Below are positions 1-9,774 of a stretch of 48,218 nt of DNA, one piece after another. The stretch spans positions 1 to 48,218 of the forward strand of contig JANLIO010000059.1 of NCBI GenBank assembly GCA_024654265.1, read 5' to 3'. This stretch comes from a bacterium (GTDB lineage: Bacteria > Patescibacteriota > Patescibacteriia > 2-12-FULL-60-25). A program made the translations under genes and the position numbers. The notes below the pieces were generated by a model. It saw only the letters and a list, made by a program, of their open reading frames with translations, was not told where the DNA came from and did no database searches. How positions within the stretch are numbered: position 1 is the first letter of the stretch; each line of letters begins with the position of its first letter.

Positions 1-24
1 GCGCTTTATCTAAATAGGAATTAC

Positions 25-330
25 TCTTTGATCCTGGATCCCCGTTTTCACGGGGATGACAGAATAATCTAGCTTCATCGGATGTCTGACATCCGATTTC
101 CTTAGAAGGGAATTTAGAATATTCTATGAATCCAAATATCGAATGAAATCGTAGGGGTGTCCCTTGTGGGTGCCCTTCAAATGAATAAACCCTCCCGATA
201 GCTTTCGGGGGGGGGGAGCGTGGAGATCTTCTTCGATACCTCTCTGTATCTCCCCTTCCAAGGGGAGAATGAGGAGTGAGATGAGGAGTTTCTTTGATCC
301 TGGGTCCCCGGGTCAAGCCCGAGGATGACA
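25..330. repeat. Mosaic of short palindromic repeats (two GATCC...GGATGAC hairpins, ATCGGATGTCTGACATCCGAT hairpin, GTAG-headed REP-like hairpin, CTCCCCTTCCAAGGGGAG hairpin)
   Basis: TCTTTGATCCTGG...GGATGACA occurs at 25-61 and 291-330; hairpin at 77-97; GTAGGGGTGTCCCTTGTGGGTGCCCT at 151-176; 211-270 is repeated in inverted orientation at 47927-47984. Confidence 0.8.
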
Positions 331-349
331 AGAAAGAGGCTGAACACTC

Positions 350-413
350 AGTACTTCGTACTTTATACTTAGAGCCGACTCAAGACCCAAGACCCAGAAC
401 CCAGAACCCAGAA
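350..413. repeat. Degenerate 7-bp tandem repeats
   Basis: agtactt-cgtactt-tatactt (350-370); ctcaaga-cccaaga-cccagaa x3 (379-413). Confidence 0.8.
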
Positions 414-462
414 CTATTCCCAACAACCAGCATCTCGCGCGGAGAACTGATATACTACATGT

Positions 463-720
463 ATGCAAATTCCGATTTCTATTTTTTTGGTTATTTGGAT
501 CGTATTTATTCTCGTCTTTTTTGTGGCTGCTTTTGTTTCTATTCACCAAATGAATAAGTTTGCCATTCGTGGGAAAGGAGCAACGTTGCCAACAACGATT
601 TTTATTGGTGTGTGTTCGGTTGTACTTGTTTTTACGCTTATCTTTTTATTGACTGCGGATTGGAATCAGTCACTTCAGTTTGGTGATTTTGTTTCGTCGT
701 CTCCGTATATTTCATATTAA
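463..720 (+). CDS. Small two-TM membrane protein, hypothetical
   Basis: 85-aa ORF with two hydrophobic segments, 11 bp upstream of the next gene. Confidence 0.75.
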   Translation: MQIPISIFLVIWIVFILVFFVAAFVSIHQMNKFAIRGKGATLPTTIFIGVCSVVLVFTLIFLLTADWNQSLQFGDFVSSSPYISY

Positions 721-731
721 ATACTTTCAAT

Positions 732-1298
732 ATGATTGATCTCCAACATCTTCCCGGCGGTTCTCCTGATGAAAAAATTCTTTTGGTTCTTCGTCGTCAT
801 TGGTTTGTTTTGATCCCGCTCTGCCTTTCAGTTGCGACGGTTCTTCTGTTGCCTCCGTTCGCATTTTTTGGGATTCGTTATGCGAGCCCAACTTTTTTTC
901 TGAATCCTGTTTTAACACCTCTTTTTGTGTTGGGGCTTTCGATCTTCGTTCTTTTCGCGATTCTCTTTTTATATCAACAGTACTTGGATTACTACCTTGA
1001 TACGTGGGTTGTTACAGATCAACGCATATTAAATATTGAACAACATGGATTATTTGCGCGCACCGTATCCGAGCTCAGGCTTTTTCGAATTCAAGATGTC
1101 ACAGCAGAGATCCACGGATTTTTACACACCATGTTTAATTACGGTGATGTGCATATTCAAACAGCGGGTGAAACACAACGATTCGAATTTGAAGAAATTG
1201 AAGATCCAAACACAGTCGCGAAAATGGTTCTTGACCTTGCAGAGAGTCAGCGAAAGAAACAGCTTACTGAACTTTCCGAATCAACCGGACGTGGGTGA
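732..1298 (+). CDS. Membrane protein with bacterial PH (bPH_2-like) domain
   Basis: Two TM helices followed by WVVTDQRI...IQDV...YGDVHIQTAG motif typical of this family. Confidence 0.8.
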   Translation: MIDLQHLPGGSPDEKILLVLRRHWFVLIPLCLSVATVLLLPPFAFFGIRYASPTFFLNPVLTPLFVLGLSIFVLFAILFLYQQYLDYYLDTWVVTDQRILNIEQHGLFARTVSELRLFRIQDVTAEIHGFLHTMFNYGDVHIQTAGETQRFEFEEIEDPNTVAKMVLDLAESQRKKQLTELSESTGRG

Positions 1299-2312
1299 TT
1301 AGAGAATGAAGTTCGAAGATGGAAGCGAAAGGCCTAGATGTTTGTAGGCTTGTTCGGTTGCGAGGCGTCCGCGTGGTGTACGCTCTAAAAATCCTTCTTG
1401 GAGCAAAAACGGCTCAATAACTTCTTCGAGCGTCGTTACATCTTCGGCGGTTGCTGCTGCAAGTGTTGTGAGTCCAACGGGTCCGCCTTTAAATTTTTCG
1501 ATAATGGTACGAAGCGCTCGGCGGTCTGATTCATCAAGTCCGCGTGGATCAATTTCAAGTTGATTTAATGCATTGTGAACAATCTCTGGAGAGAGAATGC
1601 CATCAGCACGAACCTGCGCGTAATCGCGAACACGGCGAAGAAGACGGTTTGCAATACGCGGTGTGCGTCGTGATCGTTTTGCTAAAATCGAAGCAGGTTC
1701 TTCATCAAGAGGAATACGAAGCAGGGACGCACTTCGTCGCACGATCTCGTTCATTTCATTTTCTCCGTAGAAATTGAGGTGATGAATAACGCCGAATCGA
1801 TCTCGGAATGGAGCCGAGAGCATGGACATTCGAGTTGTGGCGCCAATCAAGGTGAACCGATTGAGATCCATCCGAAGTGTTCGCGCCGTCGGACCCTTGC
1901 CGATCACAATATCGAGCGCAAAATCTTCCATAGCTGGATAGAGCACTTCTTCAATAGACTTATTCATTCGGTGAATTTCATCAATAAAGAGAACGTCACC
2001 TTTTTCTAAGTTTGTAAGAATTGCCGCAAGATCACCGACGCGTTCAAGCGCAGGCCCACTCGTCACTCGGACCGTCGCGCCCATTTCATTTGCAATGACA
2101 TGCGCGAGTGTGGTTTTCCCAAGTCCCGGTGGCCCGTACAGAAGAACGTGCTCACATGGTTCTTCACGACCTTTTGCAGCTTCGAGAAAGATGGAAAGAT
2201 TTTCTTTGATCTTTGGTTGACCGATAAATTCGGCAAGTGAACTCGGACGGAGTGACACATCAAAACCACGGTCATCAGATTGAAGGTCAGGGGAGATAAT
2301 GCGTTCTTCCAT
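1299..2312 (-). CDS. ruvB: Holliday junction branch migration helicase RuvB
   Basis: [52 protein letters not shown]. Confidence 0.98.
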   Translation of the reverse strand: MEERIISPDLQSDDRGFDVSLRPSSLAEFIGQPKIKENLSIFLEAAKGREEPCEHVLLYGPPGLGKTTLAHVIANEMGATVRVTSGPALERVGDLAAILTNLEKGDVLFIDEIHRMNKSIEEVLYPAMEDFALDIVIGKGPTARTLRMDLNRFTLIGATTRMSMLSAPFRDRFGVIHHLNFYGENEMNEIVRRSASLLRIPLDEEPASILAKRSRRTPRIANRLLRRVRDYAQVRADGILSPEIVHNALNQLEIDPRGLDESDRRALRTIIEKFKGGPVGLTTLAAATAEDVTTLEEVIEPFLLQEGFLERTPRGRLATEQAYKHLGLSLPSSNFIL

Positions 2313-2438
2313 AGTTTGTCTACATTAGCGAATGCGCGTCTGCTTGATAAGGGGGGTGCGTGGGAGGGGGAAGAAAAGATAATGACAAAATTTAACGAAT
2401 CCGTTAGGATCTCTAAAGAAAACATAAAATGAAAATCT

Positions 2439-3161
2439 ATGAAGAAACTTCCTATTATCGTTGGTATTCTCCTCGTCCTTATAGCAGGAACGTATTTTTT
2501 TGTGACACGCTCAACAAAAGGTCCAAGCGATGAAACCGTTGGAATGAGAGTACCGGGCTCATCTGATGTTGAAGATACGGTTGTTCAAGAAGATGGTTCT
2601 TCATTGGAGGCTCAGAATGTGGAAGGTCAAAATTCATATTCGATTACGTCAGGTTCAGCTGAGTTTCGAATCGATGAGATGTTGCGTGGCGAACCAAAAC
2701 AGGTAATCGGCAAAACAGAGAATGTTTCTGGAACGATTTTTATCAATCGGGAAGATTTGGCATCATCCGCATTTGGAACAATACGCATCAATGCACGAAC
2801 ACTTGAAACAGATGATGAGAGTCGAAACAACATGATCCGGAGATTTATTTTAAAGACGGAAGATGATGCAAATGAATTCATTGCATATCATCCGACAAAA
2901 GTTTTAAATCTTTCCGGTTCTCTCGTGTCAGGGGAAAAGAAAATATTCTCCATATTAGGAGACATGACAATTGCGAATGTCACCAAGCCGGTTGCATTCG
3001 ATGTTGAAGCGACCTTTACGGACGTGGGAACCGTGGAAGTCCGCGCGGCTGGCAAAGTGCGGTATTCGGATTTTGAAATTACGATCCCTTCAGTTCCGTT
3101 TGTTGCCGATGTGACGGAAGATGTTTTCTTGGTGGTTTCATTCACAGCGGGAGGCAAATAG
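2439..3161 (+). CDS. YceI-family lipid/polyisoprenoid-binding exported protein
   Basis: N-terminal signal/anchor; L.TD...RN, GDMTI..VTKPV.F, SDF.I motifs. Confidence 0.85.
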   Translation: MKKLPIIVGILLVLIAGTYFFVTRSTKGPSDETVGMRVPGSSDVEDTVVQEDGSSLEAQNVEGQNSYSITSGSAEFRIDEMLRGEPKQVIGKTENVSGTIFINREDLASSAFGTIRINARTLETDDESRNNMIRRFILKTEDDANEFIAYHPTKVLNLSGSLVSGEKKIFSILGDMTIANVTKPVAFDVEATFTDVGTVEVRAAGKVRYSDFEITIPSVPFVADVTEDVFLVVSFTAGGK

Positions 3162-3200
3162 GCTTGCAAAGGAGAATAAATAATGCTATTTTCGGCACCT

Positions 3201-3286
3201 GCCCAGGTGGTGGAATGGTATACACGAAGGACTTAAAATCCTTTGGGAGTAATCCCATGCGGGTTCGACTCCCGCCCCGGGCACCA
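3201..3286 (+). tRNA. tRNA-Leu(TAA)
   Basis: GCCCAGG/CCCGGGC acceptor stem, anticodon arm AAGGA-CTTAAAA-TCCTT, long variable arm, GGTTCGACTCC T-arm, encoded CCA. Confidence 0.97.
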
Positions 3287-3288
3287 AC

Positions 3289-3315
3289 AAAAAACTCCGT
3301 TCTGCGGAGTTTTTT
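3289..3315 (+). terminator. Rho-independent terminator after tRNA-Leu
   Basis: AAAAAACTCCG-TTCTG-CGGAGTTTTTT. Confidence 0.85.
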
Positions 3316-3340
3316 GTTATTCAATGTGACGCGACAATTA

Positions 3341-3369
3341 TTGACATTCGTTCTATTTTATGATATAAA
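3341..3369 (+). promoter_or_regulatory. Sigma70-type promoter of downstream orphan gene
   Basis: TTGACA-17 nt-TATAAA. Confidence 0.75.
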
Positions 3370-3448
3370 CCTTGCGTCTTATGCGTGCTGTCTCTTTACA
3401 TGGTGTGAAGAAGCTGGGCGCAGAGCAACGTGTGATTGGAGGAAAAAA

Positions 3449-3913
3449 GTGGATATCAGTAAGTTTAGAAAGTTCGCGTACTGCGGTTCTGCTCTGACGC
3501 CGGAGATTCCGATCGTCAGTGACGTTCTTTCCGTTGTCTGGCAGGATTCGTCGCTGGATCACTTCTACAGCGATGCGATCAGCAATTTCACGACGTATGC
3601 CGACAATGTCGTGCTCGTCGCAGGAGCTGTGAACGAGGACGTCTTGAGGATGCCTCGAACTCCAGATGGGGAAGCTCAGGCGCGTAAGCTCGTGGCCGAG
3701 GCGATCATCGAGCTCTGCCCCGAGGAAGCGAAGTGTCTCTTCAACCCGGCATATGCAGAAGCACTGCGTGAAGCTGGGAAGGGAGTACGGATCTCCGGAG
3801 GCGATGCCGTTCAGCTCAAGGCATTTTGCACGTGTGTGAAATGTCGGGCGGAAACGCAGAACGCTTCTTCCAGCGTTCGTTCCTTCGCTCTCAATCCCTT
3901 CGAACTCGCCTAG
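3449..3913 (+). CDS. Hypothetical protein (154 aa) with C-terminal CxCxxC
   Basis: GGAGG SD before a GTG start, own promoter and terminator, GC-richer codons than neighbours. Confidence 0.7.
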   Translation: MDISKFRKFAYCGSALTPEIPIVSDVLSVVWQDSSLDHFYSDAISNFTTYADNVVLVAGAVNEDVLRMPRTPDGEAQARKLVAEAIIELCPEEAKCLFNPAYAEALREAGKGVRISGGDAVQLKAFCTCVKCRAETQNASSSVRSFALNPFELA

Positions 3914-3926
3914 AGTCGACGTGCAT

Positions 3927-3964
3927 CGGCAGGAACCCAATCTCGGGTTTCTGCCGGTTTTTTT
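3927..3964. terminator. Rho-independent terminator
   Basis: CGGCAGGAACCC-AATCTC-GGGTTTCTGCCG followed by a T-run. Confidence 0.85.
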
Positions 3965-4129
3965 ATTTCTTTTTTAAATCCTTCACGAATTTCGTGTTGA
4001 AAATATGTGTCTTCTTCGCCCAACATCTTCGCGCGATCGCTTCACAAGTGCAATAAATCGAAAATAAGATGGATCGTGCACATTTGCACCAATGATAAGT
4101 TTTACTCTGGTCCTTCGCGCTTTCAATGT

Positions 4130-5272
4130 TTACTTTGATGTAATGCTTTTCGCGACAGCCTCGTGCAGTCCTTCTGTAAACATATTCGGAATAATGTTTT
4201 CTGCTGTCGGAGTTTGGATCATGTTCGCAATTGCTGTCGCGGCGCGAATTTTAATTTCTGGGGTGACATGAATGATGTTGTTATCCAACATGCCTCGGAA
4301 GAGCCCGGGGTAGCATAGTGCGTTATTCACTTGGTTTGGGAAATCGCTTCGTCCTGTTGCAACAACGCGTGCGCCTGCGGACTTTGCATCATCGGGCATA
4401 ATTTCGGGCGTTGGGTTTGCGAGGGCAAAGACAATGGCATCTGAATTCATTGATGAGATCATTTCTGTATGAATTAACCCTGGGCCTGATGTCCCAATAA
4501 TAACGTCAGCTCCTCGCACAGCATCGGCAAGTGTTCCCTCAATATTATTTTTGTTTGTTATTTCGGCAAGTTTCTTTTTTGGAGCATTAAGATTGTCTCG
4601 GGATTTTGCGATGATTCCGATACGATCACAGACAAGGACATTTTTCGCGCCGGCGTGGATCAGAATATTTGCAATCGCTGTTCCCGCCGCTCCTGCGCCA
4701 ACCATGGCAATTTTGATTTCGTTTAAATTCTTTCCAACAACTTTTAATGCGTTCATGAGGCCCGCCATCACAACAATTGCTGTTCCATGTTGATCATCGT
4801 GGAACACGGGCATATTCAGCGCATCAGCAAGACGTTCTTCGATTTCAAAACAGCGTGGCGCAGAAATATCTTCCAACTGGATTGCACCAAATGTTGGAGA
4901 GATGGCGAGCACGGTTTTGATAATTTCCTCCGTATCTTGCGTGTTGAGAACAATTGGGATCGCATCGATTCCGGCAAATTGTTTGAAGATCACGCTTTTT
5001 CCTTCCATGACAGGAAGCGCCGCGAGTGGACCGATATTACCGAGTCCAAGGACAGCCGATCCATCCGAAACGATCGCGACAACATTCTTTTTCCATGTAA
5101 GATCATTTACGCGTTCAGGATTTTCCGCAATCTCGTGTGAAACCGCTCCAACACCCGGCGTGTACACGAGCGCTAAATCTTCCATGCTCTGAACAGGGAT
5201 TTTTGCCGTGATCTCGATTTTTCCTTTTAATTTTTCATGCAATGCGATTGCTTTTTCAGATGTCGTATTCAT
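4130..5272 (-). CDS. NAD(P)-dependent malic enzyme
   Basis: YTPGV, DGSAVLGLGNIG, LPVMEGK, LEDISAPRCF, FHDDQHGTA, GAGAAG, ATGRSDFPNQVNN. Confidence 0.96.
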   Translation of the reverse strand: MNTTSEKAIALHEKLKGKIEITAKIPVQSMEDLALVYTPGVGAVSHEIAENPERVNDLTWKKNVVAIVSDGSAVLGLGNIGPLAALPVMEGKSVIFKQFAGIDAIPIVLNTQDTEEIIKTVLAISPTFGAIQLEDISAPRCFEIEERLADALNMPVFHDDQHGTAIVVMAGLMNALKVVGKNLNEIKIAMVGAGAAGTAIANILIHAGAKNVLVCDRIGIIAKSRDNLNAPKKKLAEITNKNNIEGTLADAVRGADVIIGTSGPGLIHTEMISSMNSDAIVFALANPTPEIMPDDAKSAGARVVATGRSDFPNQVNNALCYPGLFRGMLDNNIIHVTPEIKIRAATAIANMIQTPTAENIIPNMFTEGLHEAVAKSITSK

Positions 5273-5441
5273 ATGATTCGTTTCAGTCTACGAGCCAAAC
5301 AGGAAAAAGGGAAGACGTTGATCTTGCACGGGAAGCTGGGTCATGATAGTCTTTTTGCGCTTATGGAGGATAGAAGGTGGGGTTGCCTGCCGAAGTGCTC
5401 ATATTGCAAAAGCAGGTTTGCCTGCCGAAGTGATAACGTAT

Positions 5442-5516
5442 GCGGGTATCGTATAGTGGCTATTACATTACCTTGCCAAGGTAGAGATAGGGGTTCGATT
5501 CCCCTTACCCGCTCCA
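5442..5516 (+). tRNA. tRNA-Gly(GCC)
   Basis: GCGGGTA/TACCCGC acceptor stem, TTACC-TTGCCAA-GGTAG anticodon arm, GGTTCGATTCC, ends TCCA. Confidence 0.97.
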
Positions 5517-5573
5517 TCACGTGAAACGTGATTATTAAAAAAACGAAGTTGATCTTCGTTTTTTTGTTGAGAG

Positions 5574-5602
5574 CAAAACCACCCGAATTTTTGGGTGGTT
5601 TT
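5574..5602. terminator. Bidirectional terminator
   Basis: CAAAACCACCC-GAATTTTT-GGGTGGTTTTG between convergent units. Confidence 0.75.
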
Positions 5603-5606
5603 GTAT

Positions 5607-6098
5607 TTAACCGCAGAGGATACAATCTTCTTGTTCCAGTGCGTTGCGAATTGCCGGATCGCGGAGAAGGTTGCGAAGCTCCATGAGATCATCAAGAGAG
5701 AGAGGATTGGGATGGCTCCATTTTCCCGACTTCGTTTCTTGAAATCCGAGAACTTGTAAGATGAGTGCAACATCATCAGGTGTGTGATCTTCTCTCCAAA
5801 GGAGAGTCACGCCGAGCATGTACTGATCTTTCGTCATTCCTGTAATGGAGTTGAGTTGATTGTTGTGTTCGCAATCAAGGGCGGTGAAGACTTGCCCTAA
5901 ATGGGGCAAAGCGGAATACAAAGGGGAAACCGGATAAACGAGTTGTCCCGACTCTGTTTCCACAGGCTCCGCTTCACACACACTCCCGTTTGATGCGGGC
6001 GGGCGTTTTTCAAAGACGGACATAGTGGTTATTTTTTCACTGTGATTAACGGCCATAGCTGCAAGAATGATCACGATAAGTGTAACGATTTTTCTCAT
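5607..6098 (-). CDS. Hypothetical exported protein ending in CILCG
   Basis: Signal-like N-terminus; ATGA overlap with the upstream lamin-tail gene suggests an operon. Confidence 0.7.
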   Translation of the reverse strand: MRKIVTLIVIILAAMAVNHSEKITTMSVFEKRPPASNGSVCEAEPVETESGQLVYPVSPLYSALPHLGQVFTALDCEHNNQLNSITGMTKDQYMLGVTLLWREDHTPDDVALILQVLGFQETKSGKWSHPNPLSLDDLMELRNLLRDPAIRNALEQEDCILCG

Positions 6099-8527
6099 AC
6101 ACGTTCAGGTTCTTTTTCTTCAAGAATATTGATAAGATTTTTACGCTTTCTGTGAGCTTTCGCGCGTTTAAAGCCTTCATTCCCTGCAACGGCTAGTCCT
6201 GCGGCGCCAAATGGTGCCCATCCCGGAATAATTGGTTTTACGGGGGCTTGTGCGACAGGCTCGGCGTGAGTCAGGAGCGCGACTTCATCAGCGCTTCGTG
6301 GGATAACGTGCACATCGTCAGTCCCAAGATCGAGGAGTCCTGTGACTTGAATCGTATCACCTTTTGAGAGTCGTGTGGCGCGAAAGCCGATCATATCCTT
6401 AATTGTGACAGCGACTTCTGTTCCATCAACATCAAGAAGAATTTTGTTTGTTTTTACATTGCCGACTGTGCCTTCGATTGTTACAAGGCTCCAAGCGTCT
6501 TCATGTGATGGGGCGAGCATGTTTACTTCGCGAGACATGGGAATAAGATTTTCTTCAGGTTGCCACGTGTCTTCTTTTGCAAGTTTAAGATAGGGAATGT
6601 CATTGCTCGCATACGTGAGTTTTCCTGTCACGGCAACGCTGGCGCCAAGCTCTGGGAGTTTCATTGAGGTCGGAACACTGACGCGAATACCGCGTCCGGT
6701 TGGAGAGAGAAGGATAAACGCGTGACCGCTTACAATGCCTGGCATAGAACCAACCGTTCCGTGAAGTCGAACGTGGATTCCTGCGAATTCTTCATCATGT
6801 GTCATATCGATTGAAAGTTCTTGAATGAAATCTGTGTTCTTTGATGAAGCGGGTGCGGTCTTTGTTTTTGCTGGTGTTTTTGGCGTCGCTTTTATTTTGG
6901 CGGGCGTTGTGAGTACAGCAAGTGATCGCACAGGATCCAATAGTTTTTGTGCTTCGTTGTTGTTCGTGTTGGATGTATTTACGGATTTGGATTCAGTATC
7001 TTCGTATGGTGCGAGATCTGAATTTGTCACCTCGGCGTCTTGAGAAGGATTATTTTCGGATTGCTCCGAAGAAAGGTTTTGCCCTTCATTATTTTGATCC
7101 TCGCTGAAGACGACTGAGGTAGGAAAAATATTTGGCGCTCCCTGTGTTGGCGTTTCGTTCATCATCCAACTTCCGGTTCCATTTGGATTTCGCGCCCAAC
7201 TCCATCCTTTCGTTGAGCCGTCATACGTGAAGATTTCCAGATCACTTCCGTTTGGATCATTGACGGTCAACGTATCTCCGCCGTTATTCAGCCGAGCAGA
7301 AGAGAGTTCGGCGACGACTGTTGGATGTGCGTTATCCAGCACGACATCACCAAACGTGTAGATTTTTGATGAAGCATCGTGGATTGTGACGCCAACGAGT
7401 GAAATCTCAACGTTTGGATCCAACGTCATGACTTCAATCCATTCTTTCCCATCCATAGGATTTGGCATAACTTCATTTAATCGAACGAGATCATATCTTG
7501 GTGGCAGAGTACTTGCGCCACTATCCTCCGGCTCGGACTCTGATTCAAGGGTTACAACGGTTTCTTGAGCCTCTGTAGAGCTAACAGCAGAAGCGTCAGA
7601 GACAGTGAAAGCAGGGGTGGATGTCGCGGATTCTGTCGGGTTTTCTGTTATCTCCGGTTTGAATTCGGGGGCGATATCCGATGAAGTCACATTTATGTTC
7701 GTCGTTGTTGTTGAAACAACTTCAGCGACAGCACTGTTCGTTGTTGTTGAGCTTTCGGTCATCTCGGATACAGATTCAGGATTTGGATTAGGTTCTACTG
7801 TTTCCGTATTTGCCAAATTTTCTTCTGTCGCGTCGGTTGGAACATCTGTTGGCTCCGTTTCTAACCCGGAATTCACATCAGTAGGTTCGGGCGAAACGGT
7901 TTCAGCTGTAGACGATGCAGATGGATCCTCTGCGGGCATTTCCATCTTCGGGAAGCTCATGTAGATGCAAAGATCGCAGACACCCGGCGTGCCAAGATCA
8001 TCACTATTTGATTTTAGATTTTCAGAAAGTGATGCTGTCATCCATCCATCCAACGTGCGTACCATGGATGCAATCGGTGTTACATTTGATCCAGCTTCAG
8101 GAGTCTTTCCATTCCCAACATGATCTACTTCAACGTTGTTGTTATCCGTGAGTGTAAGATTGAGTGCTGAGTTTGAAAGTGATAGATCGCTTGTCACCAT
8201 GTCCGGCACGACTCGCAATAATGTGTTTGCATAGTCAGACGCATAATTTGAGACAAGGTATCTGTTTCGCGCTGGAATAACGGCGTTATCCGGAAAAACG
8301 AGTGGTTCTTTGGATGCGCCGGAAAGCGTGTACCCAGCAAGAGACACGGGCGTGTCACCCAGATTCCAGAGCTCGATCCATTCGTCTGCTTTGGAAAGTG
8401 ACGATCCGGCCCATGCAACTTCACCGATCAAAAGTGTCGGTGCCGCATGTAAGGGTGTTGGCAGAAGAAGTGCAGGAAGGGCAAGAGCAGAAACAAGAAA
8501 AGAGATGAGGTGTATGTGTTTGAACAT
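6095..8527 (-). CDS. Surface protein with two lamin-tail domains, Ser/Thr/Glu linker, probable OB folds and C-terminal anchor
   Basis: IGEVAWAG...DEWIELWN..TPG and LNEVMPNP...EWIEV..LNNGGD..PTQG motifs; C-terminal hydrophobic plus basic tail. Confidence 0.85.
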   Translation of the reverse strand: MFKHIHLISFLVSALALPALLLPTPLHAAPTLLIGEVAWAGSSLSKADEWIELWNLGDTPVSLAGYTLSGASKEPLVFPDNAVIPARNRYLVSNYASDYANTLLRVVPDMVTSDLSLSNSALNLTLTDNNNVEVDHVGNGKTPEAGSNVTPIASMVRTLDGWMTASLSENLKSNSDDLGTPGVCDLCIYMSFPKMEMPAEDPSASSTAETVSPEPTDVNSGLETEPTDVPTDATEENLANTETVEPNPNPESVSEMTESSTTTNSAVAEVVSTTTTNINVTSSDIAPEFKPEITENPTESATSTPAFTVSDASAVSSTEAQETVVTLESESEPEDSGASTLPPRYDLVRLNEVMPNPMDGKEWIEVMTLDPNVEISLVGVTIHDASSKIYTFGDVVLDNAHPTVVAELSSARLNNGGDTLTVNDPNGSDLEIFTYDGSTKGWSWARNPNGTGSWMMNETPTQGAPNIFPTSVVFSEDQNNEGQNLSSEQSENNPSQDAEVTNSDLAPYEDTESKSVNTSNTNNNEAQKLLDPVRSLAVLTTPAKIKATPKTPAKTKTAPASSKNTDFIQELSIDMTHDEEFAGIHVRLHGTVGSMPGIVSGHAFILLSPTGRGIRVSVPTSMKLPELGASVAVTGKLTYASNDIPYLKLAKEDTWQPEENLIPMSREVNMLAPSHEDAWSLVTIEGTVGNVKTNKILLDVDGTEVAVTIKDMIGFRATRLSKGDTIQVTGLLDLGTDDVHVIPRSADEVALLTHAEPVAQAPVKPIIPGWAPFGAAGLAVAGNEGFKRAKAHRKRKNLINILEEKEPERV

Positions 8528-8623
8528 ATGGGTTTGAATTATGATTTTTGTTTTGAGGCCTCCCTACACCGCGTTCCATATTTTTGATGATGTTGTCAAG
8601 TTCCAGCATGTGGATATCTTCAC

Positions 8624-8657
8624 TTGACGAGTATTCGCATGTGTTCTATTTTTGTTC
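8624..8657 (+). promoter_or_regulatory. lexA promoter with overlapping LexA-box candidate GTTC-N7-GTTC
   Basis: TTGACG(8624)-17 nt-TATTTT(8647); GTTCTATTTTTGTTC at 8643-8657. Confidence 0.85.
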
Positions 8658-8660
8658 CAT

Positions 8661-9266
8661 ATGCCAAACCTCACACCAAAACAAAAAGACGTTCTTGATT
8701 TTATTGTTACGTTTATTCAAGAGCAGGGGTATCCGCCGTCATTTCGTGAAATTGCAGAAGGGCTAAATCTTGCTTCTCCCTCGACAGTTCACGTTCACAT
8801 TCGGTCTCTTCGCGAGGGTGGGTTTTTACGCGGAACCGGTTCAGCGCGAAATCTAGAACCAACAGACAAGGCCGTACGTTGGGGGAAGAGTGTGCTTCTT
8901 CCTTTGAAGGGGCTCATCACAGCCGGAGAGCCAATTGAGGCGGTGGAAGAGTACGAGACGTTTGCGGTGCCTGTTGCGCTTGCGCCTGATTCTGCGAATT
9001 CATATGTACTTCGTGTGAAAGGAAGCTCCATGATTGAGGACGGGATTTTTGATGGTGATTATGTTGTTGTCGAACGAAATCCATCCCCGCGAAACGGTGA
9101 TGTTGTCGTTGCGCTTTTGGATAATGAGTACGCCACGCTCAAACGTTTTTATCGCGAACGTGATCGTATCCGTCTTCAACCGGCAAACTCCACCATGAAA
9201 CCAATCTATTGCCATGATCCGCTCATTCAAGGGATTGTTAGGGCGGTTATTCGAAGTTTTAGATAA
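8661..9266 (+). CDS. lexA: SOS repressor LexA
   Basis: LTPKQ...GYPPSFREI..SPSTVH winged helix, ITAGEP cleavage site, VKGSSM (Ser) and ATLKRF (Lys). Confidence 0.97.
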   Translation: MPNLTPKQKDVLDFIVTFIQEQGYPPSFREIAEGLNLASPSTVHVHIRSLREGGFLRGTGSARNLEPTDKAVRWGKSVLLPLKGLITAGEPIEAVEEYETFAVPVALAPDSANSYVLRVKGSSMIEDGIFDGDYVVVERNPSPRNGDVVVALLDNEYATLKRFYRERDRIRLQPANSTMKPIYCHDPLIQGIVRAVIRSFR

Positions 9267-9272
9267 AGGTGA

Positions 9273-9524
9273 ATGGATATGTACGAAAAAATTTCTGAAC
9301 CTATTGAAGTGATGGTGGCATTCCGTGGCAGTCGTCCGGAGCCGATTGTTTTTAAATGGAATCGGAAAATTTATCGCGTTTCAAAAGTAAATTTGATGCA
9401 CACTGAGCGACGTGGTCGAGAGAAGTTTTATATTTTTTCCGTATCAGACGAAACAAATGCCTATCGATTATCCTTTTCAGGAGAGTCTTTGAAGTGGAAT
9501 CTTGAAGAGATGGCGATGTTGTGA
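9273..9524 (+). CDS. Small beta-rich protein resembling DUF6504 / ImuB C-terminal domain
   Basis: EPIEV...P..F.WNRKIYRV...FSV....YRL.F.....W pattern; directly downstream of lexA. Confidence 0.65.
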   Translation: MDMYEKISEPIEVMVAFRGSRPEPIVFKWNRKIYRVSKVNLMHTERRGREKFYIFSVSDETNAYRLSFSGESLKWNLEEMAML

Positions 9525-9549
9525 TATTTTGAAGTTAATCTTAAGATTA
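9519..9549 (+). promoter_or_regulatory. TA-operon promoter with palindromic operator
   Basis: TTGTGA-17 nt-TAAGAT; perfect palindrome TAATCTTAAGATTA at 9536-9549 covers the -10. Confidence 0.7.
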
Positions 9550-9554
9550 TCTTT

Positions 9555-9773
9555 ATGAGTATCATTGGCCTCAAGGAATTGCGTGAAAATTTAGCGGAGT
9601 ATGAAAAACAGATCCAAAAAGGACGGTCGTTTATTGTCATGAAACGATCAAAGCCTATTTTTAAAATTGGGCCAGTGGATGAGGGCGGATGGGAAACGGT
9701 GATCGATTTTACTGAGCACAAAAAAGGCGGTATTTCCGCAAAGGAATTGCTTGCGCGATTACAAAAAAGTTGA
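9555..9773 (+). CDS. Phd/YefM-family antitoxin
   Basis: IIGLKELRENL...GRSFIVMKRSKPIFKI N-terminal fold, directly before a RelE-like gene. Confidence 0.8.
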   Translation: MSIIGLKELRENLAEYEKQIQKGRSFIVMKRSKPIFKIGPVDEGGWETVIDFTEHKKGGISAKELLARLQKS

Positions 9774-9774
9774 C

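Noticed and set aside
3350..3364. Partial LexA boxes GTTCTATTTT at 3350 and 24033
   Set aside because: The second GTTC half-site is missing in both
3164..3448. N-terminal extension of the 249-aa ORF
   Set aside because: Runs through tRNA-Leu, its terminator and a promoter; the SD supports a start at 3449
5384..5432. 15-bp direct repeat TTGCCTGCCGAAGTG upstream of tRNA-Gly as an att site
   Set aside because: Copies are only ~34 bp apart, lie upstream of the tRNA and flank no element; probably a local duplication
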